64,000 nucleotides of DNA from assembly GCA_009103225.1 (NCBI GenBank), contig RHPI01001737.1, positions 376,223 through 440,222 on the forward strand, read 5' to 3'. This document shows, in pieces, positions 22,501-34,235 of this stretch. Below the pieces are notes generated by a model, which was given only the letters and a program-made list of their open reading frames with translations, was not told where the DNA came from and ran no database searches. A program made the position numbers and the translations under genes. The stretch comes from Chlorokybus atmophyticus (taxonomy: Eukaryota; Plantae; Mesostigma and Chlorokybus algae). The stretch's first letter is position 1. Every line of letters begins with the position of its first letter.

Positions 22501-23798
22501 CTCTCCCTGGCTCTGCTGGAGTTCGGCAACAACAACATCAACAGGTGCGTGTGAACATGTGCGTGGTTTGCGTGCACGTGTGAGTGTATGATGCGAGTGC
22601 CTATTAGAAATTTGGTTTGCATAGTGTGCGCAAGACATCTCACCTCACCATCAGCACTACTACTAACAACAACAACACACGCTCAACCTCGACAACCAAG
22701 GGCTGTGGGAAGGGCTGTCCTTCCGACAGCCCTCGGCTGCTTTGACATCCGACGACTGTCAGTTGGCCGTCGACAGTCCTTTTTACAGCCCCTCGGCCGA
22801 GGGCTGTCAAAACGACTGTTGGCTGCTGCCAACTGACAGCCGAGGACTGTCAGTTGGCCAACCATACAACGGCCCATAGACAGTTGAACAATTGGTAGGT
22901 GCACGCACACACTTACCTTACCACACGCCTATGCAGGCTTTGCACACGTGTGCCACAGTGTGTGAGGATCAATCAGACCATTCAACAGCCCATGTGTTAA
23001 AGACATGCCGAAGCACGCACGCACACTCACACTCACACATGCGTGTGCAGGCTGTGCACCGCTGCAATACAGCTGCAGACAGTTTTTGGCAGTTGCGGCT
23101 CAGGTGGTGCGTGCTTGCCGGCCAGCTGTGAAGCACTAGGCCACAAGTCTCACCGCCAGCAAGGTGCACGCAACGGTGCCTCTATCTCTCATGCATGCCT
23201 TTCTGTGTAAGAGCCCACGCACATGCATGCACAGCCGCACACCAATGCACAGCTCTGCAGACACACGCACGTACGCATGCACGCGCACATGAACGCGCAT
23301 GCATGCACAGTCGCGCACTGATGCACAGCTTTGCACACCAACACGCATACACAGCCGCACCAATGCGCAGCTGTACTGATGCATGCGCGCACACACATGT
23401 GTACAGTCCTTCACAGTGACACGCACATGTGTGCAGGCCCTGCAAGTTGCTGTGGAGCGGTGATGCAAGCTTGGAATCAAGGGGATGGGGATGTAGTACG
23501 GATAGGCTTGATAGGCATAGAGCGTGTGTCTTCCGCTAATTGTACCTGAAACAACAACATGAAAGTTTTCTTCTTGCAAGCGTACACATAGTCATGGCTA
23601 GTGCGGACCAGACCTGGTCTATCCCACATGCATATGCACTCACACGTGCATGGATCAACCTTGGTCCATGTTAACATGTCAGACATATATGGTCCACACA
23701 CACTTGATTATGCATGGACCAACCTTGGTTCGTGTTTGCATGATAAAGTCGGACCATACATGGTTCGCACAACCTCATGGACTTGCGCGCCAGCCATG
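19600..23798. mobile_element. About 4.2-kb non-coding insertion interrupting integrase, bounded by GGACC/GGTCC arrays
   Basis: Integrase reads ...WESVSMD at 23799 and resumes near EINAVEFA at about 19590. Both ends are rich in GGACC/GGTCC, CCATGTATGGTCC is inverted between the ends, and no transposase is visible. Confidence 0.65.
19678..20144. mobile_element. AT-rich MITE with pogo/Tigger-like TIRs
   Basis: Perfect 15-bp inverted repeats AGTCTACCCCCGTTA (19679-19693 and 20129-20143). The left end is TA|CAGT; the right end is mutated (GACTT|CA). Confidence 0.7.
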
Positions 23799-25780
23799 GT
23801 CCATGCTCACACTCTCCCACGTGTCATCGGGCACGGGTAAAGGTACAAGCAAGCCACCCTTGCATGCATTGATGGACTTGTTGCGTTGACATGAATCACA
23901 TGTCTTCATACGCCTCAATGTCACTTAACATTGAGAAGGCCACCCATAGCTTCTTTGCGCAAGCTTGATGGTCTTCTTAATGCTATAGTGCCCTCGATAG
24001 GGAGGGTCATGCATCTCGCCAATGTATGCCACTCCTGAAGGCCCGGCTCATCCGGCACCATTTCTGCATTACCTTTGTACCAATAATTGCCTTCTTGCAC
24101 TAGTTTAGACTTGTCTAAGTCCTTGAACCATTGGTTCATGAGGGAAGCATTTGCTATTCTAGCTTCAAAGCTAGTTGGCTCTCTCTTGCTCTCGTTGACC
24201 GATTCAAGTCTCGGCATTACGTGTGCTTGCGACCTTGTCGCCACCGCAACAGTCATAGCTTTGTTTCCAAGCTTTGAAAGCTTGGCGGGCACTCGATTTG
24301 GGAAGTCCGCGACATTGATCCTCCCCGGTCCATACTTCCACTCAAAGTTAAAGCGCGATAGGAACTCTGCCCACCGTGCTTGTCTTCGAGACAAGTTGGA
24401 TTGTTGGGGAAGGTAGATGAGGGGATCGTTGTCGGTTACAACCTTGAACTTCACTCCCTCTAAGTAACAATGCCATTTCCACAAGGCGTTTATTACTCCA
24501 AGCAACTCTTGCTTGGTGGTGTAGATGCGCTCGACGTCACGAAACTTGTGTGATTCGAAAGCAACGGGATGTCCATCTTGCAACAACACCGCATCGATGC
24601 CATGCAAGCTAGCATCACTTACCACCTTGAAGGGTTGAGAGAAATCCGGCATTTGCAACACCGGTGCATTCATTGATGCATCTATGATGCCATACAAGGC
24701 TCGTTGTTGTGTCTCCCCCCAACTCCATTTGACCTCCTTGCTCAACAACTTGATGAGCGGTGTTGCTTTGGCCGAATACCCTAGGATGAAGCGCCAAAAG
24801 TAGTTGGCTAGGCCTAAGAATAACCGCAAGTCGGACAATCTTCGGTGAAGGCCATTCCTTTACCACACCTACCTTTGTAGGGTCGGCCTTGATGGTTCCA
24901 CCACCAACAACGTGGCCAAGGAACAACACCTCTTCTTGGAAGAAGCGACATTTCTCTTAGCAAGCATAGAACTTGTGCTTGCGTAGTGTGTCGTAGTGTG
25001 TCAAACACTGGTTGGAGATGCTTAGCATGCTCCTCCTCATTCTCGCTATACACCAAAATGTTGTTTACATAGACGAGCACAAAACTTGTTGATGTAGGGC
25101 ACAAGAGTGTGGTTCATCATTGCTTGAAAAGTGGCGGGTGCATTGGTCAGACCAAAAGGCAACGCTTTGTACTAAAATTGACCTTTAGTGTCTAAAAAGA
25201 AGTTTCCGGTATGTCATCTTTAGTGATTCGGATCTGATAATAACCCGCTGTCAAGTCCAATGCACTGAACACCTTTGCTTTGCCCAATTGATCAAACAAG
25301 TTATTAATCCAGACTATAGGGTACTTGTTCTTCACGGTGTTGTTGTTCAAAGCCCTATACAACACGAACATGCGCAAACTTGTATTTTGAGGCTTTGAAA
25401 CAAAATAGATGAGTGCCGTAAACGGCAAGAAACGGCTCAATCAACTTCTCGGTCTTCTTAAGTAGCATTAAAATTTGCTTCTCCATTTCCGCATACTCAA
25501 CCGGGCTTGGCCCATACAAAGGCCTTGACGAAGGCACTTTGTTTTCATCTTTGAGGGGTATTGTGCAACAAATGTCACGCTCTGACGGGAGTGAACGTAA
25601 TTCATCCTTGAACACGTCCATGTTGTTAACAATGAGGTGGAGCTTGTGCTTCTCACTTGTGGAAGCAATTCCCGCATGTTGTGCACCACAAGCTTCACCA
25701 ACGAGGCCTTCTTCCCCGTCAGGGTGGTAGCTTACCAAAGCAACCACGTGCTTGTGCGCACTCCCTAAATGGGATCTTGC
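23799..25780 (-). pseudogene. RT, RNase H and integrase N-terminus of the chromovirus
   Basis: YRALNNNTVKNKYPI..FSALDLTAGYYQIRI; VYVNNILVYS; FLGLANYFWRFI; SRRQARWAEFLSRFNFEWKY; TCDSCQRNK. Frameshifted. Confidence 0.95.
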
Positions 25781-25781
25781 G

Positions 25782-26204
25782 TTAAGACACCAATATCGCA
25801 TACTCGTACTCTCCTCTAAATACGGTGCACACATTCTTACCCGCGTCTAGTATTGCACGTGAGCGCAACTGCCAATTTTTGCCGAGGAACACTTGAGTGC
25901 CTTGCATTCTTATGTCCACAACTCGAAACAACACTTTGCTTGAGTAGTTGCCTATATTGACTCGAAGCTCAACTTGGCCGAGCACCAATATCGTTGCACC
26001 ATCAATGGTAGCAAACTTGTCTTGACAAGCTTTCATGCGTACCCTTGCACGATTTAGCAACCGTATGTTTATAAGGTTGGACACCGTGCCGGTGTCCGCA
26101 AGCACACCCACATTTCTACCAAGCATATGGCCGTCAAGTACCCATAGTAGAGCGTCTTCTTCATGCTCCTCTTGAACACGGTGGCTAAGGTCATCACGCC
26201 ACAT
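25782..26204 (-). pseudogene. Aspartic protease
   Basis: VGVLADTGTVSNLI...VFLGKNW. Confidence 0.9.
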
Positions 26205-26209
26205 AATTA

Positions 26210-26512
26210 GTGGCTTACGAATGCCCGTTTCTTCTTTGGTTATGACCTTATATCTTACACGTTCTTAAGCAACGCCGACCAAGTTCCTTGATGGATCGGC
26301 AGGAGAACTATTGCTCTCGTGCTAGAGTTATCACGCTTGTAATCCAAGTACTTTTGCAAGGCCGTTTTCAACTTTGAAGGAGGCACATACACAAGCATAC
26401 TTGCATGCAAGCCCTTGCACTCGTAATCCAATGCCACATTACAAGCGAATGGAAACTTGTCCATCAAGCCATTACAAGGTGTTTTTGTAGAGAATGCTAC
26501 TAGCTTAGCCAA
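26210..26512 (-). pseudogene. Putative degenerate Dam-like/N6-adenine methyltransferase domain between gag and protease
   Basis: LDYECKGLHASMLVYVPPSKLKTALQKYLDYK..STRAIVLLP..GTWSALLK resembles the NPPF/YAFPP catalytic region plus downstream strand of Dam/DIRS-type MTases. Recognised by eye only. Confidence 0.4.
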
Positions 26513-26521
26513 TGCTAGTCT

Positions 26522-26950
26522 TTAGTCTTGTCGGGGCACTCCGTTAAACAGTGGCCGACCTCTTTGCAAAGGAAGCACTTGCCTTCCCTCATAGAGAGAT
26601 CGAGCGGGATGTATTGCTCTTTTGCTACTGCAAGCTTTTTGCCTCTGTACTTGCCATAAGGCTTAGGCTTTAACTTGAAAGCCGAAAGCCCCGCCCTCGG
26701 GTTTGTTCAACACGAACTTGCTTCTCTTTAAGCCATCATAGGAGGCCACATCTTTGTCGTCCTCCTCTCTCCCCCTCTTGCTATTGTTGAAGTCTTTATG
26801 CCCCTTTTGCATGCTTGCAAACAACTTGGAGCTTCAAGCGAACATCGCTATAACTATGGTACCCTTGACACGCAACACGCAAACTTGAATGAGTGCCCTC
26901 CAAGCAACTCTACATAGGCCCACAAACTCAAAGGTTCCCCACAATCTTAG
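26522..26950 (-). pseudogene. Short, partly deleted gag with CCHC zinc knuckle
   Basis: EGKCFLCKEVGHCLTECPDKTKD* at about 26522-26595. Confidence 0.85.
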
Positions 26951-26969
26951 CCGTAGCTCCGGCTACCAA

Positions 26970-28343
26970 TGTAACGCCAGCCCAAGCTTGACACACTTGT
27001 ATCATACGTGAAAAACGCTATGTAACTCACAATGCCCACATGCACCCTTGTGCACGAGGCTACTCATGTGTAGTCTTCTCACATCACTCACTAGCTAACA
27101 ACAGTCACTCTCAACTTGCGCTAGGCTATGCCACTTTGTAGCCCTCTTGGCATTAAGATAGAAGTAACGCCACCCTAGGCTTGAACACTTAGTTCTCGTC
27201 TAAGAGGGTCTTGCACTCTCCTTCGTGCACGCAGTTGCACTCAAGTGCAAGCACTCTCTTACCGTGAAAACAGTCCCCTACAAGTTTTAGCAACGTACAC
27301 ACACTCACACACAAGTGTTAGTGCTCTCACACCGTGCATACACTTACACACTAGTGTTAGCAACGGGCACGCACTTGCACACAAGTGTTAGCACTCTCAC
27401 ACCGTGCATACACTCATGCACAAGTGCAAATGCTAACTTCACCGTGCATACACTCATACATGCAAATGTAAGCACGCTCTCCAAGTGTACACACTCACAC
27501 ACAAGTGTTACACAAGGACAAGCTTCACTCCTTGAGGTTGAAGAGCTTTAGCCTCTCACTCGAACACCCCACTTGAAGTCCCACACGAGCGAGCACGCCA
27601 AGGCAAGGTAGACTCAAGTCTCCAATCCCCTCCTTGCCTACTGAGCATGCTCACTTATATACCCCTAGTGCCATATCTTAGCCGCGAAGGGTAGTGGGTG
27701 TTGCCACCAATGGTGCCTCCTTCGGACCGTAATATAATCTAAGGCAGCCAACCACCTTGTGACAAGCACTCTTGCACTTGCCCTTACTAGGCTTACACCA
27801 ACTTGATGTGAGCCTAAAGACGAATCATCTTGAAGGATATCTTACCCCTAGGTATGAGCAACCAATGAGATTGTACTCTGATCTCGATTGATCACACAGT
27901 GTTGTGGCCACAGAGTGTAGATATCCGTCTCTATGATATCGGTATTGCAATATACAATATCAGCATACTTCTGTGCGAAATCCGCAGCTGCCTCTTCTGG
28001 CACTTTCGAGAGAAGTGCACGTGTATTATCCACATTCTCTTCTACGCTGTGGACATTGATTGCTAAAGTATCCGCATTCTTCTGCGCGAGAACAATGCTT
28101 GACTCGTTTTATATTCTTTAGACATGATTCTCTGCAATATGAACATCGTTGCTATAATATCAACATGCATACTAGATAACCACTATTATGTGCAAAATGT
28201 TAACATTCTTATCTTCTGAAATGTCTTTGACTGCATAATAGACACATCTACATGTTTAATATAAGTGGCTAATTAGCACACATGCTTATTGATTGTCTAT
28301 CTCACTTAGGTCAACTTAGAGCGTAAGTACTAGCCGCATTAGA
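26970..28343 (-). repeat. 5' LTR (1374 bp)
   Basis: Direct repeat of 16997-18433; PBS adjacent; the outer end reads TTAGA instead of TTACA. Confidence 0.95.
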
Positions 28344-29867
28344 TACAATTGTGTTGCAACGTGTGTGCAACCCAGCACCAAGTTATTGACATGCATACAC
28401 TAGATGATGGTTTTTGGAGAGCAACCATTTGTCTTAGCGGGTGATCACTTCCTATGACCAACTAGAGGTGCCCTACTCGCTTACGAAGCGAGTCAGGCAC
28501 CTCCAGCTGGCCACTATTACAAATAGCCATGCATGTGTCAGTGGTCTCCCTGGTGCAGGTTGTATCAATAGTAATGACAACGTGCCATTGTATGCCGCAT
28601 ACAATGTGTGGCGGCCACAAGCGCAAAGCGTACCCACTTCTCGTTTGCGCGGCTAACACGATTGTTTGCTATATAAAAACCGCGGACAAATTCTCGCGTA
28701 CACGGCGGCATCATATGCCACAATCGCAAAACTCATCTGTCTGGTTTTTTGTGCTAAAGATTGTAATTTTTTGTCTGCGCGGTTAGCATCACCACCAGCG
28801 TTGCTCGCAGCGTGCGAGCCGCTTAACGATTGCTCGCATGTCTTTAATGATTGCTAACTTACATGCGCTCTTTTTGAATGCGCCTATTAAGTGCGTGAAA
28901 ATTATCTGCAAATGATGACAGCAATGAATGGCATGTCATTTGAGATGTCAAAGAAAAGCGGCGCTTGAGGGAGGTAATCTTGCAAGACCCAATGCTACCA
29001 TTGAGATCATTGCTTTTAGTTCACGTTGATAAGAAAAATGTTTTATTTTACTAAGTTAAATACAGCACGGTAGACGAATGCTCTATTGTAAAGAGCGAAC
29101 TTGCCAAGCAGGGTTTTAACTCTGGTAGCGTTGGAGACATGCATGTATATGGGCCAATATCGCATCATGTTATCCATGCAGCACATTTGCAGCACGTTAA
29201 CAACATATCGTTTGCAAGAAGTGGTGTACTTAATAGACCTGAAACCCGAGATGATTACAATTAATGATTGATTGCCGAATCAAACTTTTGGTTGATGTTA
29301 TTTTACAATATTATCGTCAGCACGAGTGATTTTGTTGTCACAACATAGACCCCATGATCAGTGTGAAAGGGTTGCGCTTTGTGATAAATACTATAAAAAT
29401 CCCTGATAATGTGACGGTTCTGTAATTGTTGACGATGCTTGCTTGCAAGTGGTTATGCCTTGGTGAATGCATTCACACATGTGTGCCATTCATGATATCC
29501 GCATGAACGGCTGCACACGGCGACCAACCCAAACCCACTCCTTGTGCCCCTGGCGGAGTCTCCGGCCCAGAACCATTATAGAGCATGACCGAGGACCTGA
29601 CTGTTGCGCTCGTCATCAAACTCCATTGTGTCAAACAGCGACAGACATTTCAAATAGAACCTCGTAAAGTCCTTCATTCAAATTCAAAAGTCCGCCCAAC
29701 CGTCATTGCAGCACAACACTTGATGTGAGTTGAGACCTGGCTTGCATGCATTGCGCACAGCTTCAGGCGGCGGCGGCGGCGGCGGGGACGGCGTCGGTAG
29801 AGTCGTCGGTAGAGGCGGCGTTGGGTATATGCGTCTTGCAGTAAAGGTGTAGCAAGCTGTTGGAGCG

Positions 29868-31883
29868 ATGGGGGAGCAAGCAGCAGCAGCAGGGCCACCA
29901 GCTGCAGCAGCTGCAGCAGCAGCAGTAGGGGTGGCTGTGGAGGCGGTAGCTGTAGTTACTGGCATGGGCATGCTGGATGGATCGGCGGCGGTGGCGGTCG
30001 CCACCGTTGTTGAGGTGGAGGAGCATGAGCCCGCAATAACGACGACGAACTGTACAAGCAGCACGTTGGCCTTCCAGCAGCTTCCTCCTCCTCCCGCAAT
30101 GCTCCACCCCTTCCACCTGCTCACCATACCTGTCGCCACCGGCGTGCCCGCTGCTGCTGCTGCTGCTGGAGCTATGGCTTTCATGGCTGCTGCCTCGGCT
30201 GCTGCTGCAACTGCGACACCCTCCACAAAGTGAGATTGAACACAATGTTGCAAGCACTCTCCCTAACAGACAGCACATGCTGCTCACCAAGCCCAGTGTG
30301 CTGTGCAGTAGATTAGTGGTATCTAGTACTAGTGCTAAGTCAGTGAATGTGTGATTCAGTGCTAAGTCAGTGATTGTGTGATTGAGTCTTTTTTTCTTTG
30401 TGTAGTAGGCGTGGAGGCAGCAGTGGCAGCAGCGGCAGCAGTGGCATGACGATGACAACTGCGCAGAGGCGCAGGGCGAAGGGCAGGGGTTGCTCGTGCA
30501 GGCAGTCCAAGTGCATAAAACTGTAAGGCTAGCATGATGACATCCTTCCTGCTTACTTACTTGCTTACTTTCATGCATAGCAATCCTTCTTCGAATCGGC
30601 CTGTGTAACTGTTGCAAACAGGTACTGCGAGTGCTTCACCGCGGGACGCGTGTGTGATGAGCGCTGCGGCTGCACGGACTGCTGCAACACGCCGCAGCAT
30701 TGCGAGTCCGTTGAGGTGGCGCGGGCCTCTGTCATGGCACGCAACCCCACCGCATTTGGTCCCCAAGTCGTGGTGGGTTCCTTTCTGTTGTGGGTTTGTG
30801 CACGCACGCATGAACACACACTTGTTTGTATGGCACACAACATGCCATGCTTTGCTGTTTATGTTCGGATTTGGCCCGTATGCGGCAGTGTGGCAAGCGG
30901 CGTAGCGAAGCGCAGCATATCAGGGGCTGCAACTGCCGCCGAAGCCTGTGCAACAGCATGTATTGCGCGTGCTTAAAGGTGTGTGCCCCTGAATTGCTTA
31001 TCAAGCATTGTTGTGTTACTGCTGTCTCATCTCAGACGTTAATTCAACTTGCCTCTTTGGCTTCATCTTTCACCAGGCAGGAGTGAAGTGCAGCGATGCT
31101 TGTAGATGTGAAGGCTGTTTGAACTGCACACCTGCAGATCCATCACTAAAGCATGGCAAAGGTGCAATGCCCGTATTTACATTGTTGACACTGCTTCTCC
31201 TCTCGACACAATTGCTAACCACACAATGTTAGAGAATGTGCCCCCACCCCTTGTGCTGGATGACATCAAGCGTGTAAGCATGGACCGGCTGCACGCGGCG
31301 GAGCAGCTGGTGTCGTGGGCTTCATCTGGCACAGCTGCTGAAGCAAGCACTACCACCACGCTTGTCACCACCCTCAAGTCCAAGTGCTCCTTAGAACAGA
31401 ACAGCAACACACCACGCCCGCCCTCCTCCTCCACACTGGCACGCACCGGCTCTCAAGAAGCCACAACTGAGATGGCAGCCCCTTCACATAGAGTACGTGA
31501 CACTCGCTGATCGGTTTTGCATGTGTGTTGGTGTTGTTTTGACACAACATTGCTTTGTGTTTCAGGTAGTGAAGCCGAAGGTGCTAAAGCCTCAGGCTAG
31601 GAAGCATCCAGGCGTTGCTGCTAGCAGCAGCAGCCGGAGCATAGCGTTAGAGTCACAGCTGAGCGGTTTGACATTGGGGTTGCCGCCTGGGATGCCTCCT
31701 CCTCCTAGCACGAATGCACACGCTTGCACGCTTGTTGCACAAGGCAAAGTCCCTTCCCACGCGGCACCTCCCTTGCTCAGAGGGTGCACCGTTGCCGAAG
31801 CCACCGCCTGGATTGCACACATTCTGCACAGCGCGCAGCAGCACATGCGTTGCAAGCACACCAACGACGATTTGGTATCGTGA
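29868..31883 (+). CDS. Tesmin/TSO1-like CXC (CRC-domain) protein, TCX/LIN54 family; 7 exons
   Basis: Exons 29868-30229, 30409-30522, 30622-30772, 30889-30978, 31077-31161, 31233-31492, 31566-31883 splice in frame with GT-AG. They give GCSCRQSKCIKLYCECF..C..C.C..C.N, RNPTAF and GCNCRRSLCNSMYCACLKAGVKCSDACRCEGCLN. Confidence 0.9.
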
Positions 31884-34235
31884 CATTTAGGGTTAGTTCA
31901 GAAGGGGAACAGACAGCTTTGCACGCACTGTCTGTTGTTGATGAAGGTTTCGAATGCACTTGCGCAGTACAAGTGACTTCACTTATTCTGTATATGAAGT
32001 GCCAGCCTGATGCAGCTCTTATTGGCAGCTGTTGTGAAGCGCTCCCTTGTGTCTGCTGTGACTTGTACAAGTCCATTACACAAATGAGACAGTTTTTGTA
32101 ATGCACTTGTACAAGTGCATTACAATGATGCATTGTGAGTTGTTAAAGATGCTTAAAGCGTGATGAAGACTGTAGCAGACATTACCCGCAAATACTTGCA
32201 TGCTGTGGGAATGCCCAGAGTTATTCTACCGCAATCGTCTTGTACAAACTTCAACCCTTATTTCTAATGATTCCCAAAGTGCATGCTGCAATGTATGCTC
32301 GCATGTCATTGTGATTACATGCGTGACGATACATGTGCACACATACATGTTAGCTTCGGGCTTGCATAGCCATTGCGGCGGTATGTGCTGAAGTGATTAA
32401 GAACAATATATACGTGTTGAACCCATGTCTGTGCTTCAACCTCTAGTTTGGGGCAGGGTGCTTGGGCCAAGAGCGATATCTGTTAATCACCTACCTTGCT
32501 TACACGATTGTGGTATTCTCCTGTCGTTGTGTTAATTGCTGATGTTGCTCTCGTCGTCTATGTCACAGATAACTAATTGTTGACCTCACGTTTACGCAAA
32601 ATAATGTTCCGCAGCTATCAAGAACACATGAAAACGAACAAACCGAAGTATTACATTTATATATGATCAACGTTAATGTCCATCGACACATGGTTGTAAT
32701 GTACCATATTGTGCGTTAATGCACAGCATGAGATGATCTCGTAAAATTCTTGCAATCGTGCTTGCAGACCCCTTCCCCTCCCCACGGATACATAAAGGAG
32801 TTAAACGGGATCGAGCTTGCTATATGATAACCAATAATTATGAACCAGCTTGCTACGCACACCGTACACCGTATACCCCTTATATACGTTTCCAATAACC
32901 AATGTGGATAAGCAAAACCGATATGAAATGCGGATTCACCGAAGACTTGCAAAACTCAAGTCATTATGAAAACGGAAAAATATCGTTAATAGCGTTACAA
33001 TTTTTCACGTGCGCACAAATTTCTTCTCATGTCTGCTGTAAATACGTATCAGTATATACATTATGGTCATAAAGCCTAAAATCTTAAACATACATATTTA
33101 ACTCAGAAAAATGTACGCAAGGATATGCATTAAAGTAACTACGTGTGGTATATATCATACAATATGTACTCGTAAATTCAACTTATTGCACGCCACTACC
33201 ATAGCGTTTGTTTGTATTAAGCATTTGCGGATTAATGTAGGCTTCATACACAGACATATTTTTTAACTCCACCTTCACATATACTTTGCTGTCATAATAT
33301 TGTATGCATACCTGTTTACATGAAATTTCTCTTGCGCAGCTTAACTCATGTCAGCCAACGCTCAGCTGATGTCATAGGAATACATGCATGTCATGACACT
33401 ACATGAACATCTAGCAGCTGCAATCTATAGCTCAATGTGTGTATGCATGGATGTATAAAGCTATTATGACAAATTTGGATGACTTTCCTTCAGCATCTGT
33501 GCCCTGCAGTCGTCTTGTCAGCAAATCATGAGCTCTTTTTGCGTTCCCCGACTCCTGCCACCTCAGCACTGTCACTTTTGTTCGAGTGCCACATGCTCGG
33601 TCTTACCACTAGGTATGAGCAGGCAGAATCTAGCGCGGCGCGGTACTCATCAGTAGCCTGCTGCCCCTGAATCAGGCTGTGATTACCGCGGCAATCGATT
33701 CATGAATAACTTGTTTGCAGCCGATGTTGTTCCGATCGCCCTACAATCGGAACAACATCGGCTGCAAAGTCGCCTGCGTCCAGACGTCAGTCCGCAGGCT
33801 CTGCGTCGGCCAGCTGTAAGACACAGAGCGACCGTTCGTTGCCACCTCCAATGCCTTCCACAGTCAGCCGCTCCCCCCGTGCTTATCGCTCTCTGTCTAG
33901 GATCGCGATTCCAGCAGCTTCGTGCCGATCTTTCCCGCCACCCGCCAAATCAGAAAGTTTTCTACGATCTGAACCGCAGCAAAGTTCGCCAACACCACAG
34001 CCGTTCCGTAGTATACGAAAGTTCGGTGGCGCTTTCTTGCCGCTGGCTTCAAGCTTGCTGAAGTGGCCATTGACACCATCTCCTGCAACCACTTGCTCGG
34101 TCGTTGGTAGTGTCGCTGGCGGTGGTGGTGGCGACGGTAGCGGTGGCGGTGGTGGTGGTGGTGTGGGTGTGAGCGTTGGTGTGTCTTTGGATTGTGGGGC
34201 GAGAAGGAGCACTGCTCTGAGTGGAAATGTCCAAC

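Larger units (their letters stand above)
16997..28343 (-). mobile_element. Full-length Ty3/gypsy chromovirus, TSD TACAA
   Basis: LTRs at 16997-18433 and 26970-28343; TACAA at 16992-16996 and 28344-28348. PBS TGGTAGCCGGAGCT (26955-26968); PPT GTAGGTGGGGAGGAG (18434-18448). Domain order gag-PR-RT-RH-INT-chromo. Confidence 0.95.

Noticed and set aside
33897-34080. Small minus-strand ORF MVSMATSASLK... with a hydrophobic stretch
   Set aside because: No recognisable family; it lies in the REF promoter/5' region among many chance ORFs.
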